A DNA stretch of 64,000 bases from Thermoplasmata archaeon (lineage in GTDB: Archaea > Thermoplasmatota > Thermoplasmata > Thermoplasmatales > Thermoplasmataceae). How positions within the stretch are numbered: the first letter of the stretch is position 1; the number at the start of each line of letters is the position of its first letter. Shown here one piece after another: positions 18,934-27,556 of the stretch. Position numbers and translations under genes: made by a program. Below the pieces are notes generated by a model. The model had not been told where the DNA came from, ran no database searches, and saw only the letters and a program-made list of their open reading frames with translations. The DNA lies in the NCBI GenBank assembly GCA_021806235.1, contig JAJZXU010000022.1, forward strand, positions 12,606 to 76,605, read 5' to 3'.

Positions 18934-19377
18934 ATGCTTGATAGCGTGGATAAAAAAGATGTGAAAATAATAGATTACCTGAAAGAGCATGGCAGGGACA
19001 AGATTTCTGATCTGTCCAATGCATTAAATATACCCAGGGCCACAATATTTGAAAGAATGGAAAGATTGAGAAAGGACGGTTTTATCAAAAAATATACGGT
19101 TGACCTTAATTATGAAAAACTTGGTTACTCTGTATTATCATATATACTTATACAGTACGACTCTAAATCAAAAACCGATCAGAGAACATTATGCAACAAT
19201 CTGGCTAAACTTGATAGCGTTATATCTGCATCAATTATAACCGGTGACTGGGATATTATGATTTTAACTGCACAGAAATCAATGAAGGATCTATCAAATT
19301 TCGTCCTTGAAAAATTGAGGACACTAGATGGTGTTGAAAAAAGTTTAACAATACCACTATTCGAAAGAATATTATAA
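18934..19377 (+). CDS. Lrp/AsnC family transcriptional regulator
   Basis: MLDSVDKKDVKIIDYLKEHGRDKISDLSNALNIPRATIFERMERLRKDGFIKKY plus a RAM-like C-terminal half. ATG at 18934; the track start 18823 overlaps the divergent gene. Confidence 0.85.
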   Translation: MLDSVDKKDVKIIDYLKEHGRDKISDLSNALNIPRATIFERMERLRKDGFIKKYTVDLNYEKLGYSVLSYILIQYDSKSKTDQRTLCNNLAKLDSVISASIITGDWDIMILTAQKSMKDLSNFVLEKLRTLDGVEKSLTIPLFERIL

Positions 19378-19399
19378 ATAAAATGCATTATGATATGAA

Positions 19400-19483
19400 G
19401 CTGGGATAGCCTAGCCTGGTAAGACGCAGGTCTGGAAAACCTGTGCTCGTAAGAGCCCGGGAGTTCAAATCTCCCTCCCAGCG
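19400..19483 (+). tRNA. tRNA-Ser (anticodon GGA), class II, no encoded CCA
   Basis: Same acceptor, D and T arms as the tRNA at 17286. Anticodon stem CAGGU/ACCUG, loop CUGGAAA, variable arm UGCUCGUAAGAGCCC. Confidence 0.9.
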
Positions 19484-22400
19484 CTGTTTTTTTCATTTAA
19501 ATTTTTAAAGTTTATCCTGTTTATATTGTTTACAATATCGTGTAAAACACTTTCCGGATTTTTTATGTAATCTATAGACCAGACCCTGTATAAACTCCAC
19601 CCACGACCTTTTAATATTTCATTTCTTATTCTTTCTCTTTCTGAAACAGTTTTCATGCTGTTATAAATGGTTCCATCCGTTTCTATGCCCAGGATATAAT
19701 GATTTTCGTTTTCAGGGTCTATTACAGCCAGGGCTATATTGTTTCTTGAAAAACCTATATTTTTTTCTGTTTTAAAGCCATTTTTTTCAAGATTATTTGA
19801 TATATCGTTTATTATCTCATCATTATTTTTAAATTCCCTGAAATCAGTGACATTACTGTTTACTGCAAAATTTATATATTTCCTTAACAGATCTGGCCCC
19901 TTGCCCGAATTTAATGGCACCCTGATATCCTCTGATCTTATTGATGATACAATTATAACCTTTTTTCTTGCCCTCGTTATCGCAACATTCAGCCTTTTTT
20001 CTCCACCTGCCGTGTTTATCGGACCGAAATTCATTGTCAGTTTTCCATTTTCATCCTTGCCGTAGCCTATACTTAAAATTATTATATCCTTCTCGTCACC
20101 CTGAACATTTTCCAGATTTTTAATAAAAATATCCCCATTATTCAATATTTCTGATAATACAGTATCATTTTTTGAATAATTCAGCATAACATCCTCCACT
20201 GCGGATCTCTGCGATTCACTCAATGTTACTATGCCTATTGATGTTGTATAATTTAATTCTTCCTTTAATATCCTTACAACTTCATTTGCCTCTGTTATGT
20301 TGTTCCTTTTCTTGCCACGTGAATACAGACCCTCAGTATAAATAAATTTTATTCCTGTTTCTTCCGGGTTTTTATATGCCGATGGGAATGATTCAAGTAA
20401 ATTGTCATAAAAATATTTATTTGAAAATGCTATTAATTTATCATCCACGCTTCTGTAGTGCCATTTTAATAATATTTTATTTAACCCCAGTGCATCAAAC
20501 TGGTCCAGAATATTATCAAGAACAACATAATCCTCACTGTATTTGCTGGAATTTATATTTTCAAAAAATGATGTTGGAGGAAGCTGCTGTGTATCACCCG
20601 AAACAATAACCTGCTTTGACCGCATTAATGATCCAACTGCCTCTGGTGGTGTTAACTGGGAAGCCTCATCAAAGATTAACAGGTCAAAGCTCATTTTATT
20701 GCCGAAGAATGAACTCACATTTGTTGGGCTTGTCATTACACATGGTTTTAACTTAAACACTGAGTTGCCGATTTCATCAAATAGTTTTTTTACCGGTTTC
20801 TGGTATTTTTTCTTTGAGTTTTCTGTTTTAATTATCATTGATATTTCAGGAGATCTGGATAATGCCTCCATTTTATTCCTGTATAAATTATATATTATAT
20901 TATTTCTATTTATCAGTATCCGCTTTTTATCAAATGATATGAACATATTTATGATCCTTTCGTGGGATGATGCCCTGAAATCCTTTAAATTTTCATCATT
21001 ATTTATATAATACATGATGAAATTTTTATAAAATTCTGACCTGAATGCTGACAGAATTAATCCGGGTTTTAATCTTTCATTCATTACCGATGATACATCT
21101 ATTCCCGCATTTCTCATTACCTCTATCAGGTCATTCAGCTTAACATATCTCTCAATGTCAGATGATAATATGTTATCTACAATGGCTTTTATTTCATTAA
21201 TGCCCGGTAATTGCAGATCATTATCGTCTAACATTGTATCTAAATAATTTATATTTTTTATTAACTCCTCATACAGGGGTTTTACAAACACTATCTCATC
21301 TATATCATTATAATTCGAAAAGAAGGCTTTAATACTGTCATTCGGTATGTTTTCTGTCATATTTATAATATTTTTTGCGTATAATATCCTTGCCTTTTCA
21401 TTCACAGAGATGTTTTTTTCTTCCATAGTGGTTTCCAGTGATTTTAATTCCTTTTCCTTTTCCTCTACTCTTGCGGCATAATCAAGGTCATTTAATATAT
21501 CATCATAACTATCCCTGCTTTTATCCTCCGTTAAATCCATTATTTCCTTTATTAATGCCTTATAATTTGATGATAACCGTTTTAGTTTTGTTCTGTATAA
21601 ATTCCTGAAATCATTCCTTAACTGTAAAATATCCAGGTTTAAGAATTTGGGTGACCTTTTCTTTGATAGTAGCTCTAACATATAATCGTACTCTGACTTT
21701 GCTTTATCATATTTTTCTATCAGGGAGTATAATTCATTTATGTAATCATCATTAAAATAATTATCATTGAGTTTTATTTCCGTATTTATGGAATTTACAA
21801 TGTTATAGATAGTTTCAAGTGAATTTATATTATCTATTTTAATTCCAAATACATTATTTATTAAATCCGCATTTTCAGTTAATTTATCAACATTTGATGA
21901 CAGATTTTCCAGATTCTTATAAAATGCTTCCTTATCATCCTTGAATTTCTCTATATTGAAACCTGCCGGGATTTTATTATAATCTTCTATTATGTCGGTA
22001 TAATCATCAAATTCTGCCAGCTGGAACTCTATATTATCCAGATCTTCCTTTGATACTTCCAGCACCTTATCATCTATTTTTAGTGTTAAATCTGTTTTAT
22101 TTTTTAGATAAATATCACACGCCTCATATATGCTTGTGTTTGATTTCCCCCTTTTCAAATGTATAGCCCTGGCATAATTATTTAGAGTATCTGAATACCT
22201 GTCCACCAGCATTTTTTCCTCAGTGATGCTGTTCTCATCTGTTATGGATCTATAAAATGATTTTATTATTTCCGATTTTGGTTTATTCCCATGAAATTCC
22301 AGTATATAATTGTCAAGGCCTATCTTATCAAGCCGTTTTTTAACAACGTCTATTGCAGCGTATTTCTCACTTACAAATAAAACGCTTTTATTGTTTTTCA

Positions 22401-23280
22401 TGGAATCGGCAATTATATTTGCAATTGTCTGGCTTTTGCCTGTTCCTGGTGGGCCATTTAAAATAAAGCTTGCACCGCATCTTGCAGCATATATTGCATT
22501 CAGCTGGCTTGAATCTGCATCCATTACAGTATCAATATCATAATTCATTTTTTCAGGCATTTTATCATTTAACGCCTTTATTATGTCTAAATTACCGGCA
22601 AGTGACTTTGTTAATTCATTATTCTTTATAAGGTCGTGATTATTTTTTATATCGTTATATATTGTATTGTTTGTAAATGATAGAATGCCGAGATAAACAG
22701 AATTACTGACAACCCATTTTGAATCTTTTATTATTAATTTAAAAACTCTAATGGCTTCAGAAACATTAAGATTCTCATCAAAATTAAAATCAAATTTTAT
22801 GCCAAACTGTTCCAGTTTTTCTTTTAATACTGGATTGAAAAATATCTCACCCTCAATGGACTCCAGATAAAAATTATCATATAATTTTTTATTGATTTCA
22901 ACAGGTACAAAGAATAACTGTGTTTCCACTCCATTACTGTTTTCATCGAACCATTTTAAGACACCGAATGATAGGTATAAAACATTTGAACCATGTTCCT
23001 TCAATGCATTTTTTGAATTATAAAGTATTTCATTCAGTGATTTTAATATACCCTCTCTTTTTGATATTATAATTTCATCCTTTTTTCTTGTTTCATCGTT
23101 ATTTAATTTAAATACCATTTTTTTATCCTTGTTAACAAGGTCATCGAATAGAAAGGCCATTGACGGGGTTAATATTCTTAAAAAGTTTTTATTGTCGAAA
23201 TATAATAATTTATTATTTTTTGATGTGTCTATTATATCTTTTTCCCATTTTTTTATGTTTTCATCTATGTTTACTTCCAT
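19465..23280 (-). CDS. Superfamily 1 (Upf1/Dna2-like) helicase with DUF4011-like N-terminus and C-terminal restriction-endonuclease-like (DUF559/Vsr-type) domain
   Basis: 1271 aa. Walker A GPPGTGKS is at residues 276-283 and Walker B DEASQ at 871-875. Further motifs: VSGDTQQLPP, WHYRS, NVQGDEKD, GGEKRLNVAITRARKK. C-terminus: ILGIETDGTIYNS...RGWSLYRVWS. The last 19 nt overlap tRNA-Ser(GGA). Confidence 0.85.
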   Translation of the reverse strand: MEVNIDENIKKWEKDIIDTSKNNKLLYFDNKNFLRILTPSMAFLFDDLVNKDKKMVFKLNNDETRKKDEIIISKREGILKSLNEILYNSKNALKEHGSNVLYLSFGVLKWFDENSNGVETQLFFVPVEINKKLYDNFYLESIEGEIFFNPVLKEKLEQFGIKFDFNFDENLNVSEAIRVFKLIIKDSKWVVSNSVYLGILSFTNNTIYNDIKNNHDLIKNNELTKSLAGNLDIIKALNDKMPEKMNYDIDTVMDADSSQLNAIYAARCGASFILNGPPGTGKSQTIANIIADSMKNNKSVLFVSEKYAAIDVVKKRLDKIGLDNYILEFHGNKPKSEIIKSFYRSITDENSITEEKMLVDRYSDTLNNYARAIHLKRGKSNTSIYEACDIYLKNKTDLTLKIDDKVLEVSKEDLDNIEFQLAEFDDYTDIIEDYNKIPAGFNIEKFKDDKEAFYKNLENLSSNVDKLTENADLINNVFGIKIDNINSLETIYNIVNSINTEIKLNDNYFNDDYINELYSLIEKYDKAKSEYDYMLELLSKKRSPKFLNLDILQLRNDFRNLYRTKLKRLSSNYKALIKEIMDLTEDKSRDSYDDILNDLDYAARVEEKEKELKSLETTMEEKNISVNEKARILYAKNIINMTENIPNDSIKAFFSNYNDIDEIVFVKPLYEELIKNINYLDTMLDDNDLQLPGINEIKAIVDNILSSDIERYVKLNDLIEVMRNAGIDVSSVMNERLKPGLILSAFRSEFYKNFIMYYINNDENLKDFRASSHERIINMFISFDKKRILINRNNIIYNLYRNKMEALSRSPEISMIIKTENSKKKYQKPVKKLFDEIGNSVFKLKPCVMTSPTNVSSFFGNKMSFDLLIFDEASQLTPPEAVGSLMRSKQVIVSGDTQQLPPTSFFENINSSKYSEDYVVLDNILDQFDALGLNKILLKWHYRSVDDKLIAFSNKYFYDNLLESFPSAYKNPEETGIKFIYTEGLYSRGKKRNNITEANEVVRILKEELNYTTSIGIVTLSESQRSAVEDVMLNYSKNDTVLSEILNNGDIFIKNLENVQGDEKDIIILSIGYGKDENGKLTMNFGPINTAGGEKRLNVAITRARKKVIIVSSIRSEDIRVPLNSGKGPDLLRKYINFAVNSNVTDFREFKNNDEIINDISNNLEKNGFKTEKNIGFSRNNIALAVIDPENENHYILGIETDGTIYNSMKTVSERERIRNEILKGRGWSLYRVWSIDYIKNPESVLHDIVNNINRINFKNLNEKNSAGREI
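19487..19493 (+). terminator. Oligo-T tract directly after tRNA-Ser(GGA)
   Basis: T7 run starting 4 nt after the discriminator base. Archaeal RNAP terminates at oligo-T. The tract lies inside the last codons of the antisense helicase ORF. Confidence 0.4.
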
Positions 23281-23327
23281 TGATATTCCTTATCTAATAG
23301 TTAAAAATGTATATTAATCTTATTGTT

Positions 23328-23354
23328 TAATAATTATCAATTGCGTTTCCTATA
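23328..23354. repeat. Left terminal inverted repeat of the decayed IS
   Basis: See the mobile element entry; 26 of 27 positions pair with 24602-24627. Confidence 0.75.
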
Positions 23355-23409
23355 TTTAATTTTTCGTCTTACCTGTGTTATATTTATCCTATGATTTAAT
23401 TAATAACCC

Positions 23410-24386
23410 ATGATTAAATTTGTTAGACAAACACTGAAAGATTCCTGCAATTATATACCAGAGATTACGGAGATAGATAAGTATTCCAAAAGAATAGGTT
23501 TTCTGTAACATGCGTCAATACTTGTAGGTTCAGCAATTTCCAGGGAGGATCTGGCAGCTCCAGCCATTAACAGCGGTATAAGCAAACCACGGTTATCAAA
23601 ATTGAATGCATACAGGAAGTACCAGATGCTTGCTGGTGTATTCTATGATCCTTTATATCCATTTATAATGGCACACAACTATTCCATATATGAGGGATTG
23701 CTGAATATAATTGGAATAGATTCAACATTCATAAAAACAATGGCAAAGGGTTCAGGCAGGTATACAGGGGAGAATACACAGTATGGAATAAAGATGCATA
23801 ATGCATCAATAGTATTTCCCCTTGCCGTACCGATAGAATCCATTGTTACACCTGCAAATACAAATGGCAGCATCAAGTTTGATGGCATTGTAAATAATAT
23901 AGATGGCAACACACTGGAGAGAGCAATACTTGCATTCGATCTGGGCTATTACAGCCTTAAGAGATTTAAGAAACTGAACAGTAAGGGAATTATGTTCAGA
24001 ATAAAGGGCAATGCAGTGTATGAAATTATTAAGGAACATAAGAATTCCAAAATAATAAGATTCAGCAATGGATTGGAATTAAGGCTTGTAACGCTTCTTA
24101 TTGATAAAGATGAAAGGAATTATATTACCAATATAATGGATGTTCCGGATATCTATATCCATTATATCTATTCACAGAGATGGTCAATAGAGATATTTTT
24201 TAGAAGAATGTCAATGGCATTATGCTGCAGATCTTTGCATCACTCATAGCATACATTATTCTATCAATGATGCAATCATTGATGGCCTATTCCATATCCC
24301 TGGCAGAAATATTAAGAATGCTGAGAAATGTGATTAAACTGCCATTTAAAACAGGTAAGAGCACTGCAAAGAACTGTAAGATATAA
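23410..24386 (+). pseudogene. DDE transposase (IS4/IS5 superfamily), inactivated
   Basis: Reading from ATG 23410 there is an in-frame TAA at 23506-23508. The frame then stays open (track ORF 23602-24249) through GIDSTFIK, AFDLGYYS and YSQRWSIEIFF (D, D, E). The conserved continuation (KNVNGIMLQIFASLIAYIIL...) is in another frame, shifted near 24197-24212, and ends at 24386. Confidence 0.75.
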
Positions 24387-24601
24387 TTATAATTGAATAG
24401 AACGGGTTCCACATGGGGGAAACCATTACCCCTATCCTAGAGCATGCTATAATCAGGATAATTTAGATAAGCTTTTCCATGGCATATTTTACTGTATTTT
24501 AATAGATAATAATGAAAATTAACAGCATTGATATTAATTAGTACTCCATTAGTATTAAAAAACGGTAAAAATTAAGTTAAGTTTCTGGAGTAATGGTTAA
24601 G

Positions 24602-24627
24602 TATAGGAAACGCAATTGTAATTATTA
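24602..24627. repeat. Right terminal inverted repeat of the decayed IS
   Basis: Reverse complement of 23328-23354 with a 1-nt indel. Confidence 0.75.
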
Positions 24628-24639
24628 TAAATAAAAAAT

Positions 24640-25866
24640 TTAAACTTCCTGGTAATCTATATTTACATTTTTTGTTTCTATGCCATAATGATTCCATATC
24701 ACTGCTCCAATAAACCCAATTAGCCATAAAACTACATTCAGTAAAACAAAATCATATAAATTCAGTGTGCTTGTATATAAAACCAGTAATGTGTATGATA
24801 TCATAGGGGCAAGCCTTACAGTTCCTATAAATGCTCCACGCCTCCTTGTGGGTGCCAGCTCCGGTTCTAAAGTTGTCCTTGATGCCCATGCAAATTCACT
24901 CAACATCATATTCACAAATAGTAGTGGGTAAAATATTAAAACGTTTTTTAAATATGGAACAAGCAGGAATATTAAAACTGTTGATACAAAACCGAAGAAA
25001 TATGAATATAATGTATATTTTTTTCTACCCCTTGTTATCAGGGGTGCTGCTATAAACCCTGCTACTGAAGCTCCAAGTAACGCTACAAATATAATCATAT
25101 TATCTGTGGAAACTCCAGCGAATTCGTATGGACCTATGATATACGCCATTAAACCAAATGTTGTATACTGTGATATGCCCATTATCATTAATACCGGCAG
25201 GCTTAATTTATATGGTGGTTTATTAGCATCTGTTCCATTGCCATCAATATACAGTTCAGATTTTTCCTTTTCGGCCTCTGAATGTTTACCATTTACCTTT
25301 AGCCATCTGTATGATTCTGGCAGCAGTAACCTTGAAATTATCATTATTATTATAAGTACTGCAGCGGATGCCAGTAATATTATCCTGTCATAGAATACAT
25401 CTGCGGTTATAATAAATAACCCCGCTATTAATGCACTGCCGATATTATCAAAGTCGGATATTATTGTTAACCACTTTGCCCTCTGTGATATGGGTGAGTT
25501 CTCCGAGATCAGAGATAATGTTGGTATCTCCTCACCACCAACACCAAATTCCGCCAGTAGAAGTCCAATTAACAGTGTAACAAAAACATAACTTAATGAA
25601 ATTATTAATATTCCTACACTGTAAATTATCATTGTGATTATAAATATTTTCTTCCTGCCAATTCTATCCGATAAAAATCCCATTGTTATATTCCCAAACG
25701 GAACTAATATGGGACCTATTAAAAGAATTATTACCTTTAACGTTTTCGGTAAAACTCCTATTAGGGAACCGGCTGCTGCCAAGGGTCCCAATGTAGCTAT
25801 CATACCCCAGAATGTTAAGCCAGAAGAGCTGGAAAGCAACATAAATTTCTGCTTCTTGCTTAACAT
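24640..25866 (-). CDS. MFS transporter, predicted thiamine or thiamine-precursor transporter (riboswitch-controlled)
   Basis: About 12 hydrophobic segments and MFS motif A GFLSDRIGRKKIF. It lies immediately downstream of a TPP riboswitch. ATG at 25866 (track GTG at 25875). Confidence 0.85.
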   Translation of the reverse strand: MLSKKQKFMLLSSSSGLTFWGMIATLGPLAAAGSLIGVLPKTLKVIILLIGPILVPFGNITMGFLSDRIGRKKIFIITMIIYSVGILIISLSYVFVTLLIGLLLAEFGVGGEEIPTLSLISENSPISQRAKWLTIISDFDNIGSALIAGLFIITADVFYDRIILLASAAVLIIIMIISRLLLPESYRWLKVNGKHSEAEKEKSELYIDGNGTDANKPPYKLSLPVLMIMGISQYTTFGLMAYIIGPYEFAGVSTDNMIIFVALLGASVAGFIAAPLITRGRKKYTLYSYFFGFVSTVLIFLLVPYLKNVLIFYPLLFVNMMLSEFAWASRTTLEPELAPTRRRGAFIGTVRLAPMISYTLLVLYTSTLNLYDFVLLNVVLWLIGFIGAVIWNHYGIETKNVNIDYQEV

Positions 25867-25901
25867 TCTATACACCTGTTAAATGCTCTATTTTCTTTCA
25901 T
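25860..25901 (-). CDS. Putative 13-codon leader ORF (MKENRAFNRCIEC) between the riboswitch and the transporter
   Basis: The AUG sits 9 nt after the GGAGG at the 3' edge of the riboswitch. Its UAA overlaps the transporter start (AUGUUAA). No conservation evidence available. Confidence 0.3.
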   Translation of the reverse strand: MKENRAFNRCIEC

Positions 25902-25904
25902 GAC

Positions 25905-25985
25905 CATCTTCCTCCGCCGGTATTGCCCGGATCAGGTTCCACGGGTCGATCCCTATCCTCTCAGCTTTTTAAGCTCCCCGGTATT
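25905..25985 (-). promoter_or_regulatory. TPP (THI-box) riboswitch
   Basis: Minus-strand RNA: ACCGGGGAGCUUAAAAAGCUGAGAGGAUAGGGAUCGACCCGUGGAACCUGAUCCGGGCAAUACCGGCGGAGGAAG. It reproduces the invariant thiM-type blocks: GGGG, hairpin, GCUGAGA, ACCC, ACCUGAUC, CCGG-loop-CCGG, CG..GGAAG. A GC-rich island in AT-rich DNA. Confidence 0.85.
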
Positions 25986-26025
25986 TTATGTAGTTATAAC
26001 GGCTATAAAAATATTTTTATTAATA

Positions 26026-27556
26026 CAGACTCTCCGCATGTCATACAGAATAGTTTCCAGTTTTTGAGAAATAATGTAGCTTTATGAATTAATATATGTA
26101 TTGAAGTAGCAGACAAGTTAAAATTGGGGGAAATGATTATGATTTATGAATGACATAATCCCCCCATTAAATAATGCAAGAGATGTTAAAAAGCTTTTCT
26201 CATCTTCACTTAATAGTTTATTCTCACCTGCAATGGCAGCAAACTCATTATATAATGCTGGAGATCTTGTAAATGCAATAAGGAATTCCATTACCAGAAA
26301 GCTGTATATAGAAACCTATGTGAGGAATAATCCATCTAAGCATACACCATCTGCTGATACTGTATTCAGGTGGCTCCGTTATGTTGCATCCGAACAGGAA
26401 TCATATAACGGTGATATCTATGATGGCAGTAGCAAGGAAAATAATTCAGGCATTGATGCCATATCTGGACTCATTGACCTTACTGTAAGGATTGCAGTGA
26501 ATAGTGGTGCATTTAAACAGCCTGTGAATGTTGCCATCGATGAGCATGACGAGCCATACTATGGCATGGATAATAGATACCTTATCAATGCACCATTCCA
26601 TAAGTTCCGTGGTACTGATAAGGCATACAGGTTTGCAACACTGGACACGGTAAAGAAGGGTGAGAGGTTTACACTGGCCGTCATGAAGAAAAACCAGCTG
26701 GATGGCATAGACAATGCAATGGAGGTTGGAGAATTGATAAAGCATGCAATTAGCCTTGGAATCAAAATAGACAAGGTCCTCATTGACCGTGGATACCTGG
26801 ATGTTGGAGTAATAAAGACAATAGAGGGGCATAAACTGGAGTATATTGTGCCTGCAAAGGACAATACAAAGGTAAAGAAATTCAAGAAGATGGAAATGGA
26901 GTACCATAATAGCTTCTCATTCCTGGTAATAAGGGATACCATATCATCAGGAAAGGAAAGTGTTAATTCCAGTTTTGTCCATGTGGTGTACTATCCAGAT
27001 GGGAAAAAGCATGATTTCTCATTCTATACGAATATGGATGTGAATGAGTATAATGTAATAGCCATTGCAGAACTCTACAGGGAGAGGTGGTGTATAGAGA
27101 ATGGCTACCTGGAAAAGAAGGAAACAAAGGAGAAGACACATTCAACTGCCATTGCAGTACGGTATTTCCTTTACTTTTTAGCTGTGCTGCTATATAACCT
27201 GTGGATCCTTATAAACCTTGTAAGGATTAAATCCGGTTATTCATGGCTCATACTCATGGACTTTCTCATAGCCATGGGCAGGGGTAAATGGGTGATGATT
27301 ATGAACGACAACGGATAAACATACAGAATAAAAGGGATATATATGGCTCCCAATTATTCGATATACATGCCATTGATAGCTGATGCTATGGCCGTGGCAT
27401 GATACACCGCTGTTCTATAGGGTAAAAATTGGAAGGGTTTGTAGCAGCATAAGATAAAAATACCCGGATTATACAGATTCAATCATATGAGAATATATGG
27501 ATTCACAGAAAATGCCTATTAAAACCATCCAGATTAATACACATGCGGAGAGTCTG
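26026..27556 (+). mobile_element. Intact ISH3-like (IS4 superfamily) insertion sequence, ~1.53 kb, with 5-bp target-site duplication
   Basis: Perfect inverted repeat CAGACTCTCCGCATGT (26026-26041) and ACATGCGGAGAGTCTG (27541-27556). Both ends are flanked by TAATA (26021-26025 and 27557-27561). Alternatively, an 18-bp IR with no duplication. Confidence 0.8.
26146..27318 (+). CDS. DDE transposase (ISH3-like)
   Basis: 390 aa. AIDEHDEPYYG, LIDRGYLD, YRERWCIENGYLEKK (D, D, E and Y-R-E-K signature). Confidence 0.85.
   Translation: MNDIIPPLNNARDVKKLFSSSLNSLFSPAMAANSLYNAGDLVNAIRNSITRKLYIETYVRNNPSKHTPSADTVFRWLRYVASEQESYNGDIYDGSSKENNSGIDAISGLIDLTVRIAVNSGAFKQPVNVAIDEHDEPYYGMDNRYLINAPFHKFRGTDKAYRFATLDTVKKGERFTLAVMKKNQLDGIDNAMEVGELIKHAISLGIKIDKVLIDRGYLDVGVIKTIEGHKLEYIVPAKDNTKVKKFKKMEMEYHNSFSFLVIRDTISSGKESVNSSFVHVVYYPDGKKHDFSFYTNMDVNEYNVIAIAELYRERWCIENGYLEKKETKEKTHSTAIAVRYFLYFLAVLLYNLWILINLVRIKSGYSWLILMDFLIAMGRGKWVMIMNDNG

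Larger units (their letters stand above)
23328..24627 (+). mobile_element. Decayed IS4/IS5-superfamily insertion sequence (~1.3 kb) with ~26-bp terminal inverted repeats
   Basis: TAATAATTATCAATTGCGTTTCCTATA (23328-23354) matches the reverse complement of 24602-24627 (TATAGGAAACGCAATTGTAATTATTA) with one indel. It encloses a disrupted DDE transposase gene. No clear target duplication found. Confidence 0.75.
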
